A stretch of DNA of 64,000 nucleotides, from the NCBI GenBank assembly GCA_033345195.1, contig JAWPOE010000004.1:108005-172004 (forward strand), written 5' to 3'. Below are positions 1 to 9,355 of the stretch, in pieces (within the stretch, counting starts at the first letter, position 1; every line of letters begins with the position of its first letter). Both the position numbers and the translations under genes were made by a program. The notes below the pieces were generated by a model, which was not told where the DNA came from, did not search any database, and saw nothing but the letters and a program-made list of their open reading frames with translations. This DNA is from Alphaproteobacteria bacterium. GTDB taxonomy: Bacteria; Pseudomonadota; Alphaproteobacteria; Rs-D84.

Positions 1-102
1 CAACTGAACCGTGCTCTTTAAGTTTATACAAAACTTTGGGAATTATATGAGATTCGATTAATTCCTTTTTTTGACCGCAAAATTTACAAATTCCGATTGT
101 CA
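1..102 (-). CDS. HNH endonuclease-like protein, N-terminal fragment (gene runs off the window start)
   Basis: Reverse complement of 1-102 reads ATG...MTIGICKFCGQKKELIESHIIPKVLYKLKEHGSV with no stop; CxxCG...HIIP matches the N-terminal half of the HNH motif; lies 54 nt downstream of the DUF488 gene on the same strand. Confidence 0.4.
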
Positions 103-156
103 TACATTAGACATAGTTTTGTTTTTTATATTTTTCAAGTAGCATTTATCCAAATG

Positions 157-582
157 CTACAAATGTACAATTTCAATGCCTGGGAATTGTTCTGCGATAT
201 ATTCAGTGGCTAAGCGGCGGTGGCATTGTGTCTCGGATTTTTCGGTGCAAAGCAGGCATATGCGGTCAAGAGAGTTCAAGGCAAGTCCCGCAGTTGGGTT
301 GCGAGTGGCCAATAGTTCCCTATACATACGTTCATAATCAGGCCAGGTGATGCAACCGTCTTTGTATCCTGCCAAAATGCCCGTCGTTGGGGCAAATTCA
401 GGATGGTATTCGTATCGTGAATCAAGTGTTGTGGCCAAATTTGTGCCACTGTAAAACGGAACAAAGCGGCTGGTGCGCCAAAGCCGAATATCCCAAACAC
501 AGTTTATCTTGGCTGCATTCAGGATATCCAAAAAATCATTGGGCTTTTTGCCACTAAAACCAATCGTAAAAATCTTTGTCAT
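157..582 (-). CDS. DUF488 (YeaO-like) family protein
   Basis: 141 aa ORF; N-terminal TIGFSGK... pattern typical of the DUF488 family; start is 1 nt after the stop of the upstream gene. Confidence 0.7.
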   Translation of the reverse strand: MTKIFTIGFSGKKPNDFLDILNAAKINCVWDIRLWRTSRFVPFYSGTNLATTLDSRYEYHPEFAPTTGILAGYKDGCITWPDYERMYRELLATRNPTAGLALNSLDRICLLCTEKSETQCHRRLATEYIAEQFPGIEIVHL

Positions 583-583
583 A

Positions 584-1234
584 TCAGTATAAAAATAACC
601 CGTTTAACATTAAATAGCAATGATTTTCCTGCATCAGGAACTTGCGTGCCAACCCTATACGACAATGAGCATACTGACTAGCGGCAATGGCATTATTCAG
701 ATTTTTGACATCTTTATCTTTTTCAAATATATCACGCAAGTATTTGCAACTGACCTTTAATTCATATAATTGTTTAGAATAGTCAGTAATGCGGGCGCGT
801 AGCTTGCCATCTTCCGTAAAGAATTCAATGTTGTGTGCTGGAATCAATATGGCGCCCAACGAAGGACATTTGGTTTTCTGTGGCACATAAGCATTTTCTT
901 TGACATGATGATGGAATATACTTTGTATGTCTTTTGATATGCTGCTTTTTAGTGCGTTTGCCAACTCTTTTCCTGGTTCAAATTCTTGCAAAATCTCTAT
1001 AGATTTAATATCTATGTTGACATCTTCGGTTCGGTGTGGGTAATCTCGTGGTTCTTTAAATTCTTCATTGTCGACCAATATTTCACAATATCTGGTCGGA
1101 ATCTGATTAGCGTTCCAATAACCACCGTCTATCATCAGACGTTTTATGCGTTTTTCATATGTATCAAAACCTGCAATACAGAATTTTTCTTTCATACATG
1201 TTATGTCAGAAATGATGATGTGTGACTTTTTCAT
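584..1234 (-). CDS. hypothetical protein (first gene of a putative 3-gene operon with DUF488 and HNH)
   Basis: 216 aa ORF; tightly coupled to the DUF488 gene (1-nt gap); no recognisable domain. Confidence 0.65.
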   Translation of the reverse strand: MKKSHIIISDITCMKEKFCIAGFDTYEKRIKRLMIDGGYWNANQIPTRYCEILVDNEEFKEPRDYPHRTEDVNIDIKSIEILQEFEPGKELANALKSSISKDIQSIFHHHVKENAYVPQKTKCPSLGAILIPAHNIEFFTEDGKLRARITDYSKQLYELKVSCKYLRDIFEKDKDVKNLNNAIAASQYAHCRIGLARKFLMQENHCYLMLNGLFLY

Positions 1235-1544
1235 AATTATTCCTTTTTTTGTAATAAAAAAGCCCCACCGATATCAGGTAGGGCAAATAAAAAAAGGCGA
1301 TAAAATCGCCTACTTAACTTAAGTCGTATTATACCAAAAATTAGTTAGAAAATCAACAAAAATATAGCGCTTTTTAAATAAATTCCCTGTTATTTGTTTA
1401 GGGAATTTTTTACAGGAAGTGAAGAATATGCGACTTGGGCGTGGCGCAAAATTGGTTTTGGGGGTAAAAATAGCGAGTTTTCCCTGTAAATTCCCTGATG
1501 TTGTATGCAAAAGACCATAGAAATGTCATACTCCGCCAGGAATA

Positions 1545-1580
1545 AAAAAATACCCCGCATGGGGTGTTTTTTTATTCCTG
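1545..1580. terminator. bidirectional rho-independent terminator-like hairpin
   Basis: caggaataaaaaaatacccc gcat ggggtgtttttttattcctg is a long inverted repeat with T/A runs on both sides. Confidence 0.45.
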
Positions 1581-1861
1581 ATGGTGTTGCAGTGTGGACG
1601 AAGCGTTTGCAATCAGCGATTGCCGGGTTCGGGGCGTCAGTTGATGAAAACGAGCCATTTGGCGAAGTTTGAATCTTACGTAGCGAAAGGGGCCCATTTG
1701 CGCCAATGTGGCGCAAATGGGAATCAGACAATCCCTTCGACTCCGCCAGGAAAAATTCCCCTCCCGGGGAGGGGTGGACGCGAAGCAGACGGGGGGTAAT
1801 AAAAAACCAGCACACTCGACATTGCGCGCGCAACAAACCAGCATCAATGGTATAAAATAAA

Positions 1862-1886
1862 ATACCCCGAAAGGGGTATTTATTAA
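1862..1886 (-). terminator. rho-independent terminator of the 1048-aa repeat protein gene
   Basis: taccccgaaaggggta hairpin followed by a T-run when read on the minus strand; 12 nt downstream of the stop at 1898. Confidence 0.6.
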
Positions 1887-1897
1887 CGTGGCAACGA

Positions 1898-4800
1898 TTA
1901 TTCTACTCCCTGGCTTAGACCAGTAGGTTTGAGTAAGTCCGACACTCCCCCTACTGGACAAGTGTTTGTGCCCACCAAGCCATTGAGGTCGACAGCCATG
2001 CATGTAAGCGAGTTCGCAATGTTATTTGTAAATGCTTCGTTATACTCAATCCTTGTTTCGTGATTATCGATGTTACTCTCATTTTCGGCGATTCTACTTT
2101 CATGAGACGAGATATTACCCGCATTCGTCGAGATGGCACTCGTATTATTCGACACCTTACTATTCAGTGAACTTATCACACTGGACCCATTATTCCCCAA
2201 TACATGGTCTAGTGTTGTATAGTTACCAAATGTGCCACCTGGTCTGGTGGTCAGGGCCACGCTTAACACATTACGATTAGTATACGTGCTATCATTAATT
2301 GGCGTGGTTAATGCATAATCCAACACATTGCGATTCTTGTATCTTACAGTATCATATATATTGGTTGTCAATGCAGATTCCAGCGGTGTGAAGTTAACGT
2401 ATCTTGTATCTATCAATGCGTCGCCCAACAGCGTTGTCTTTTGACCTGTTTGCGTCAACAAATTGTCTTTCAAATTACTTTTTGTTATTGCGTTGGCCTG
2501 CAATGTTTCAAGCCCGGATGACAAGTTAGAAATATCGGTCGCTTGATTGCCCACTGTCGTACCCAGATCTCGATAGTTCCCAGAGAGTGTAGACAACCCG
2601 GTGTTGAGGGTTTCAACACTGCCCGACAAACCAGATACCTTGTTATCTACAGTGTTAACCTCTACCTTGGTTGCGTATGTTTGACCCAGGGTTGCGATTC
2701 TGTTATCAAGCGCATTTGGTGTCACAAAGATAGATCCGCCCGCATCTGCCAGTCCATCTGTCCGCACGAATATATCGCCCAGTCCTGTGACCAGTGGTGT
2801 CAGGTTGTCTTTGTTGGACAGGTATGCTACCAATCCGTCATTTGTGACATAACCACGACCATTTAAGTCAGTATCCGTGACATAGTCAGCAAACTTGCCG
2901 TCCACAGTGTTAACCGTTGCCTTGGTTGCGTATGTGTCGCCCAGGCTATTAAATCTGCTGTTTACACTATCATTGGTTGCGTATGTGTCACCTAGGCTAT
3001 TAAATCTGTTGTTTACACTATCGTTGGTTGCATAATCTTTAATTTTGTCATTTGTCACAAATATATCTTCGCCCGTATCTGTTTTCAGTCCTGCAATAGT
3101 ACTCGCCAGTCCATCACTCAGCACGAACCTGTTGTCCAGTTTTGTGATAGTGTCTGTTCTGACCAGGTCACCCGGCAGAACGTTTGGCAATGTTTTTGTT
3201 GTGACATACTCCCATTCACCATCTTTGTCCTTTGGTGCATACTTACCATCCAACCCTGCGATTATTGTGTTTACACTATCGTTGGTTGCATACCCACGAC
3301 CATTTAAATCAGCATTCGTGACATAGTCAGTAAACTTGCCGTTCACAGTGTTAACCTCTGCCTTAGTTGCGTATGTGTCACCCAGGTTATTAAATCTGTT
3401 GTTCACGCTATCATTGGTTGCATACCCACGACCATTTAAATCAGTTTTTGTAACCACGATATCTTTCAGAATGTCAGAGTCGCCCAGTCTGTCTCTAAAG
3501 AATTCTGGGAAGTTATTTTTAACCACAACTGTGTCTTTCCATCCTTTGAATTCTGAATTTATCTCATCATCCTTGGCTGCAAGGCCTGCGATTGTTGTGT
3601 CCATCTCATCCAATCTGCCTGTCAGTTCGCTGACCGTGCCAGGCAAAGTTTTGATATTTTCATCCAGCCCAGCCAATATAGTGCCTTTAAATTCATCGTC
3701 GTCCAACAGTTCGCCTGCGATAGTGTTGCTGATGTTCGCAAACTTGCCGTCCACAGTGTTAACCTCTGCCTTGGTTGCGTATGTGTCACCCAGGCTAGCA
3801 ATTCTTCTATCAAGCCCCGTTGGTGTTACAAATATATCTTCGCCAGTTTCTGTTTTCAGTCCTGCAACATCGTTTGCCAGTCCGTCTCTCAGCACGAACC
3901 TAGTGTCCAGTTCTGTGATAGTGTCTGTTCTGACCAGGTCACCCGGCAGAACGTTTGGCAATGTTTTTGTTGTGACATACTCCCATTCACCATCTTTGTC
4001 CTTTGGTGCATACTTACCATCCAACCCTGCGATTATTGTGTGCACGCTCTCGCTGGTTGCGTATTTGTTGTCCAACCCCGCGATTGTTGTATTAAGTCCG
4101 TCCGTCGTTGCTTTAAGTGCCGCAGCTGTTGCATAAACAGTTGGGATTTTGTCTAGTGTTTGCTTTATTGTTGCGATATCATTAATCTTCATCAGAGAAC
4201 TTTCCGTCACAACCTTATTTTCTGCTAACTTATTCCCGACGATGTTGGCAACAGCCACTTCATCCAATGCAATATTATTTAAATCTGATACGGTTGCAAA
4301 GTTGGAATCTGTGACATATTGCTTCGCAGCAACAAGGGTTGCGTTCTTGGCAACATCGATGTCGTTGGTGACATCCGCTGTTTTTGCATAGTCGCGCAGT
4401 ACCTGGTCACGCTCGTTAATAATTTCTGACTTTATATTTGTTGTTGCGGCACGAATCGCCGTATCTACAGCGTTATTGGTGGCGAAATTCATCTGCTTTA
4501 CTTCTGCAATTGTCGCTGCCTTTACATTTTCTATGTCTGCTGCAAAATTTTCTGCGGTCATAAAACCACGGCTTTCAATTTCATCACTTATCGTTTTAGG
4601 CAGGTCAACAACAGCTTTTTTAACAGATTCATACGATTCAAGTGATGTTTCCAGTTCTGTTATTCTGTCGTCTTTTTGCGCAATTTCCGCCTTTAATAAT
4701 TCGATTTCTTCCTTATAACTAGACAAAGATTCTTCGACTGCATCACGCATTTCGTCGATTTCGTTATACAGATTTTCAAGTTCTTTTTCTGAACGATTCG

Positions 4801-5044
4801 TAATAGGCTTCCCAATGGATACATTTGTCTGTATATTGCTAGATGCAATTGCGCTAAGACGTCCGCCTGTTGTTTTTGCTTGGTTCGTGGAAACGCTGGT
4901 GCCGCTTTTGTTCGTGGGTTTTTTGCTGGTTGCCACTGCACCGCGTACAACACTGGTTCGCAATGTTGGTGTCGTTGCACATATTTCATTTGTTATAAAT
5001 GCAAAGGCAAAAATAATACTGAATAAACGCTTAAAATGAAACAT
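1898..5044 (-). CDS. large secreted repetitive protein (signal peptide, N-terminal coiled coil, tandem fibre-like repeats)
   Basis: 1048 aa ORF; N-terminus MFHFKRLFSIIFAFAFITNEICA is signal-peptide-like; coiled-coil heptads ELENLYNEIDEMRDAVEE...; repeated modules TIIAGLDGKYAPKDKDGEWEYVTTKTLPNVLPGDLVRTDTIT and LGDTYATKAEVNTVDGKF; more than 100 bp near-identical DNA repeats (3150-3265 vs 3930-4045). Confidence 0.8.
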   Translation of the reverse strand: MFHFKRLFSIIFAFAFITNEICATTPTLRTSVVRGAVATSKKPTNKSGTSVSTNQAKTTGGRLSAIASSNIQTNVSIGKPITNRSEKELENLYNEIDEMRDAVEESLSSYKEEIELLKAEIAQKDDRITELETSLESYESVKKAVVDLPKTISDEIESRGFMTAENFAADIENVKAATIAEVKQMNFATNNAVDTAIRAATTNIKSEIINERDQVLRDYAKTADVTNDIDVAKNATLVAAKQYVTDSNFATVSDLNNIALDEVAVANIVGNKLAENKVVTESSLMKINDIATIKQTLDKIPTVYATAAALKATTDGLNTTIAGLDNKYATSESVHTIIAGLDGKYAPKDKDGEWEYVTTKTLPNVLPGDLVRTDTITELDTRFVLRDGLANDVAGLKTETGEDIFVTPTGLDRRIASLGDTYATKAEVNTVDGKFANISNTIAGELLDDDEFKGTILAGLDENIKTLPGTVSELTGRLDEMDTTIAGLAAKDDEINSEFKGWKDTVVVKNNFPEFFRDRLGDSDILKDIVVTKTDLNGRGYATNDSVNNRFNNLGDTYATKAEVNTVNGKFTDYVTNADLNGRGYATNDSVNTIIAGLDGKYAPKDKDGEWEYVTTKTLPNVLPGDLVRTDTITKLDNRFVLSDGLASTIAGLKTDTGEDIFVTNDKIKDYATNDSVNNRFNSLGDTYATNDSVNSRFNSLGDTYATKATVNTVDGKFADYVTDTDLNGRGYVTNDGLVAYLSNKDNLTPLVTGLGDIFVRTDGLADAGGSIFVTPNALDNRIATLGQTYATKVEVNTVDNKVSGLSGSVETLNTGLSTLSGNYRDLGTTVGNQATDISNLSSGLETLQANAITKSNLKDNLLTQTGQKTTLLGDALIDTRYVNFTPLESALTTNIYDTVRYKNRNVLDYALTTPINDSTYTNRNVLSVALTTRPGGTFGNYTTLDHVLGNNGSSVISSLNSKVSNNTSAISTNAGNISSHESRIAENESNIDNHETRIEYNEAFTNNIANSLTCMAVDLNGLVGTNTCPVGGVSDLLKPTGLSQGVE

Positions 5045-5236
5045 CTGTCCCTTCCTTTTTTTTCATCCTACAAGGTTTAAATAACATAGCGCAAGAGTTT
5101 TTTCACATGTACACATATTTTTGTATTCTAATACGAAAAAATACATGGCAATTGTGACCGGTATAAAAATATCTTTGGATTATTTGTTTTTGTAAATAAA
5201 ATATATACAGTGTTAGAATTTAATATACGGTGCGCG

Positions 5237-5548
5237 CTATCCCAGATTCTTGCACGAAGTGGCTTTTTTGCATGTGCGCTTTCTGACGCCTTTTTTGGGT
5301 GGATATATTGCAGGATAATCCTTGATTAGCATAATTTTTGCGAATTCCAGTGGTGATACATGTGTTGCCTCTAATATCTTTGAAATCGTTTGGCACGATG
5401 GCCAACGTGGCGTGCCATCAGAAGAGAATTGTTTGCTCTTGTTAAATGTTGTTGCGTCCAGACCGCTTATTTTTGCAAGACCAGAAAATGATAGCCCGTG
5501 AATTTTTGCTAATTTTTCAATTGCATTCCAAAGCATCTTATGGTCCAT
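5237..5548 (-). CDS. XRE-family helix-turn-helix transcriptional regulator
   Basis: 103 aa; LSFSGLAKISGLDATTFNKS is a classic Cro/C1-type HTH. Confidence 0.7.
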   Translation of the reverse strand: MDHKMLWNAIEKLAKIHGLSFSGLAKISGLDATTFNKSKQFSSDGTPRWPSCQTISKILEATHVSPLEFAKIMLIKDYPAIYPPKKGVRKRTCKKATSCKNLG

Positions 5549-5718
5549 AATCCCATTCCTTTTTTATACTGTTGCAGAATTTTATCAATTTATAGTTGAA
5601 TTATTTCTTATTTTCTATGATAAATCAAGTATAAAAGAGACAAGCAAACAAGATTCAATCAAGAGTTGTGTTCTTTTTTTGCTTTTTTGTATGTCACTTA
5701 TGTGATATAATACTTATC

Positions 5719-6027
5719 ATGACGAAGAAAATTTTACCTTTTATGGTTTTTGTGTTGGCTCTGGCGGGTTGTCAGACCACATATGATGAGGTTATCGTTG
5801 AACCAGATGCCCAGATGGATTGCGTTGGCGCAAATTGTGAAATTGTTCGCTATGATTCTCCAAACGGGAATGATTTGGTTCTGGAAACGGACAGACATAT
5901 TATTCAGATTGTTGCAAACCCTGGGACAAAGTATTCGTATCAGGTTTGGACCGGTGGCAAGGATACGTCGACCGAACCGGATTTGGTGGTTCGTGACGGC
6001 AATGCAATGGTCCTGGTAGAAGAATAA
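5719..6027 (+). CDS. lipoprotein, hypothetical
   Basis: MTKKILPFMVFVLALAGC signal with lipobox LAGC; start moved to the internal ATG; hairpin cgccccaaattggggcg plus T-run follows. Confidence 0.55.
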   Translation: MTKKILPFMVFVLALAGCQTTYDEVIVEPDAQMDCVGANCEIVRYDSPNGNDLVLETDRHIIQIVANPGTKYSYQVWTGGKDTSTEPDLVVRDGNAMVLVEE

Positions 6028-6117
6028 CAACGCCCCAAATTGGGGCTTTTTTATACTTGTTTTTTTGTGGTGAATTTCCTAATCTTTTGGCGATATATGA
6101 AAATGGGGGAATCAAGA

Positions 6118-8736
6118 ATGGGTTTACATGGTTTGACATCGTCACAGGTTATCAAAAGCCGCGAAAAATACGGCTCTAATAAAATGCCAGAGCCAACAAA
6201 AAAAACAGCCTGGCAGTTTTTTAAAGAGGTATTTGATGACAAGATAAACGTAATCTTGTTGGTTATGATGTTGCTGTTTGTGGTGCTTAGCGCTTTTGGC
6301 TATGGCAGTATGTACGAAGCGATTGGTATCGGTGCGGTATTATTGGTTGTCACCTGTGTCACAGTAATAACGAAATTAAAAAGCCAGAAAAGTACACTTG
6401 AATTACGTCGTCGTGCGTCACAATTATTTGTAAATGTTTTGCGTGATGGTATTGTGACACGTCTGGATAGTTCAGACGTTGTTGTTGGCGATATTGTGCT
6501 TGTCCAGGCGGGCGAAACAATTTGTGCAGATGGTTTCTTAATTTCTGGGGCAATCAGTGTAAATAATTCGATTCTAAATGGCGAAAGTGAAGAATGTGAA
6601 AAAACACCAATCAAAGATTTTGTTTATAACAGAAATAAAACAATTAACTCTGACGATTATGTAAATCAAAATTATGTTTTTGCAGGCACAACGGTTTTAA
6701 GTGGCGATGGCGTAATGCAGGTTGCGCGCGTTGGTCTTGATACAGAAAATGCAAAAATTCTGACCGCCCTGCACAGTATTGATGAGGTTAAAACAACCCT
6801 GCAATTACAGTTGGATGATTTAGCCGACAAAATTAGCAAGATTGGTTCAATCAGTGCATGTTTAATTTGTGTGATAATGTTTGCCGTTCATGTTTATACA
6901 AATGGTATCGGCACGCCCGGCGATATGTTATATGCGGCATTAAATATTGTGACGGTTGCATTGACTATTTTTGTTGCCGCCGTTCCCGAAGGTCTGCCGT
7001 TTATTATTGGTATTATCACCGGTCAAAATGTTAAATATATGATAAAGCATAATATTCTGGCCAAGAATCCAAACAAGATACCAGAGGCAGGAAATATCCA
7101 ATTACTATGCACCGATAAAACAGGAACGTTGACGCGTGGAAACCTGTGCCCAATTTCAAATTATCTGGGGAATGGTTTTGATATGGGATTTGATGTTGAT
7201 GTCGGTGGTGTGGCCAAAGACGCATTTGTTAAAAACGTTTTGTTAAATGGTCGTGCAATGTACGATGATAACAATCAAATTGTTGGTGGCAATGTTACAG
7301 AACGTGCATTGTTGTCTGTGTTGGGATTGTCACGCGATGAAATATCTGCATATCATCATGATGTGAAAATAGGACATAAAATTATATTTAACAGTACAAA
7401 TAAGTATTCTGGAACATGTATAAAACATAAAAAATTAAGCCGTACATATTTTATGGGTGCGCCCGAGGTTTTATTGTCTCATACAAAAAATTATATCGAT
7501 GAAAATGGCGTGTTAAATAAAATTAATCACAAAAAGATAGATGCGATTATTTCTGAAAATGCCGCCCGTGCAATGCGTGTTGTTGCACTTGCGTATTCTG
7601 AAACCTGTATCGATAGTGATATGATACCAGACGACTTGGTTTTGATATCGTTGGTCACGATGCGTGATGAAATCAGACCGGGGGTCAGCGATGTTATTGC
7701 ATCCATGCGCAAATCAAATATTCAGGTTATGATGATAACCGGCGACACAGTAAGTACTGCGCGTGCGATTGCGTCCGATTGTGGAATTATAACCGACGCA
7801 TCAGATATCGCAATAACTGCGACCGAGTTCGATGAAATGTCTGACGCTGTTGCATTGCGCAAATTATCAAAAATAAAAGTAATTGCGCGCGCAACACCCG
7901 CCACAAAATTGCGTGTTGTAAAATTGGCGCAATCACGTGGGCTATGTATCGGCATGTGTGGCGACGGCACAAACGACGCCCCGGCATTAAAGCGTGCAGA
8001 TGTCGGCTTTGCAATGGGCGACAGCACAGACGTCTGTAAAGAATCCAGCGATATAATTATCACCGATAATAATTTTATATCGGTCGCGAACAGTATCTTA
8101 TTGGGTCGCACGTTTATGCGCAACGTGGTAAACTTTCTGCGTTTTCAATTGCCGATAAATTTCAGTTTGGTAATCATCAGTATGTTGTTCCCGATTTTGT
8201 TGGGCTTTGATGCACTGACTGCGGTTCAAATATTGTTGGTAAATATTGTTATGGACAGTTTGAATTCTCTTGCCTTTGGTGGTGAACCGCCACGTTCAGA
8301 ATATATGCAGACGCCTGCAATGGGCAAGAATGCGCCGTTGTTAACACGTGCGACAATGATAAATGTTGCATGGTCTACGATAATATTTACTGCAATATTT
8401 GGTTTGACGTTGTTGCCGTTTGTGCGTGACATATTTGGTTCGCCGGACACATATTTGTCTGGACGCTTTGCCTTATTGATAGTCATGGCAATAATAAACG
8501 GATTTTTTGTGCGTACAGATGGCTATAATATCTTCTATGGGCTGCGTCGCAATCCGATGTTTATTGTCGTTGCATTTGACGTTATAATGGGCTGTGTCGC
8601 GTGTGTTCAGCTTGGTGGTAACATCTTGCAACTTGTTCCATTAACATTGTCTCAGTGGGCAATTGTATTTGGTCTATCTTTGTTAATCATCCCGTTAAAT
8701 TATATACGCATATTTCTTTCGCATATTGGGAAATAG
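6118..8736 (+). CDS. P-type cation-transporting ATPase (type II, Ca2+/Mg2+-like)
   Basis: CTDKTGTLT phosphorylation motif, MITGD, GDGTNDAPAL hinge, about 10 predicted TM segments; start chosen at the ATG preceded by GGGGGA, downstream of the terminator of the previous gene. Confidence 0.9.
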   Translation: MGLHGLTSSQVIKSREKYGSNKMPEPTKKTAWQFFKEVFDDKINVILLVMMLLFVVLSAFGYGSMYEAIGIGAVLLVVTCVTVITKLKSQKSTLELRRRASQLFVNVLRDGIVTRLDSSDVVVGDIVLVQAGETICADGFLISGAISVNNSILNGESEECEKTPIKDFVYNRNKTINSDDYVNQNYVFAGTTVLSGDGVMQVARVGLDTENAKILTALHSIDEVKTTLQLQLDDLADKISKIGSISACLICVIMFAVHVYTNGIGTPGDMLYAALNIVTVALTIFVAAVPEGLPFIIGIITGQNVKYMIKHNILAKNPNKIPEAGNIQLLCTDKTGTLTRGNLCPISNYLGNGFDMGFDVDVGGVAKDAFVKNVLLNGRAMYDDNNQIVGGNVTERALLSVLGLSRDEISAYHHDVKIGHKIIFNSTNKYSGTCIKHKKLSRTYFMGAPEVLLSHTKNYIDENGVLNKINHKKIDAIISENAARAMRVVALAYSETCIDSDMIPDDLVLISLVTMRDEIRPGVSDVIASMRKSNIQVMMITGDTVSTARAIASDCGIITDASDIAITATEFDEMSDAVALRKLSKIKVIARATPATKLRVVKLAQSRGLCIGMCGDGTNDAPALKRADVGFAMGDSTDVCKESSDIIITDNNFISVANSILLGRTFMRNVVNFLRFQLPINFSLVIISMLFPILLGFDALTAVQILLVNIVMDSLNSLAFGGEPPRSEYMQTPAMGKNAPLLTRATMINVAWSTIIFTAIFGLTLLPFVRDIFGSPDTYLSGRFALLIVMAIINGFFVRTDGYNIFYGLRRNPMFIVVAFDVIMGCVACVQLGGNILQLVPLTLSQWAIVFGLSLLIIPLNYIRIFLSHIGK

Positions 8737-8744
8737 ACCTTCTT

Positions 8745-9275
8745 TTAACCGCGCATATGTGCGCGGTTAAAAAATGATAAAATATCCTGTTGGCCTGTAT
8801 TGATTAACTGGTCTGATTGTGCTTCTGGATATATGACAAATTTCATGCCGGGTGCGTTTTGCATGTTGGGGGCCCATATACTATACTTGTTACCAATAAT
8901 CAGTAATGGGCATTTTACGTCGCGCCATTTTCGCGGACGCATATGTCTAACATTTGATGCAACACAAACGCCCCCAGAATATAAGTTCGAATTATGCACC
9001 AATTCACAAACTGTTTGTTGGTTCTGACTGTCGCCCAGTACAAACAATGGTATCTGATACATTTGTTTAATCATCGATGCAATTTCCAATCGATTTTGGT
9101 CTTTATGGCATGGTATGGCAATATATCGATTGTCATTTAAAAAAGAACAAATTTTATCGCATTGATTTTGGCTGTGTGGTTCATCCTGAAATATCAGAAC
9201 AGCACCGATTGGATTTTTTATATGTCCCCATATATCAAGATTATAGTTTGTATTATTTATCGCAACAATTGTCAT
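8745..9275 (-). CDS. hypothetical protein
   Basis: ORF with start moved to the internal ATG (MTIVAINN...) preceded by AAAGGTGA RBS; no confident domain. Confidence 0.5.
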   Translation of the reverse strand: MTIVAINNTNYNLDIWGHIKNPIGAVLIFQDEPHSQNQCDKICSFLNDNRYIAIPCHKDQNRLEIASMIKQMYQIPLFVLGDSQNQQTVCELVHNSNLYSGGVCVASNVRHMRPRKWRDVKCPLLIIGNKYSIWAPNMQNAPGMKFVIYPEAQSDQLINTGQQDILSFFNRAHMRG

Positions 9276-9355
9276 TGCTTTCACCTTTTTATTCCTGTGT
9301 ATGGGAATAATGGTAAAAAACAAAAAAATAATATCACTAGGTATGTTTTCGTGGC

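Noticed and set aside
1600-1750. Possible tmRNA or tRNA gene suggested by ...CTCCGCCAGG endings
   Set aside because: No D-arm, anticodon arm or tag reading frame could be built. The motif matches only the last 21-22 nt of tRNA-Ser(CGA), and the genuine ssrA is at 24802-25150. It is interpreted as a tRNA 3-prime-end fragment (att scar).
1390-2003. Minus-strand ORFs 1390..1836 and 1572..2003 and plus ORF 1581..1799
   Set aside because: They span terminator hairpins, palindromes and tRNA-fragment scars, overlap the 3-prime end of the repeat protein gene and lack RBSs; a structured non-coding region is more likely.
3336-4136. 266-aa plus-strand ORF (S/L/P/V-rich) and other plus-strand ORFs inside 1898-5044
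   Set aside because: It is antisense to the 1048-aa repeat protein gene; its low-complexity translation mirrors the sense-strand repeats and it has no start context.
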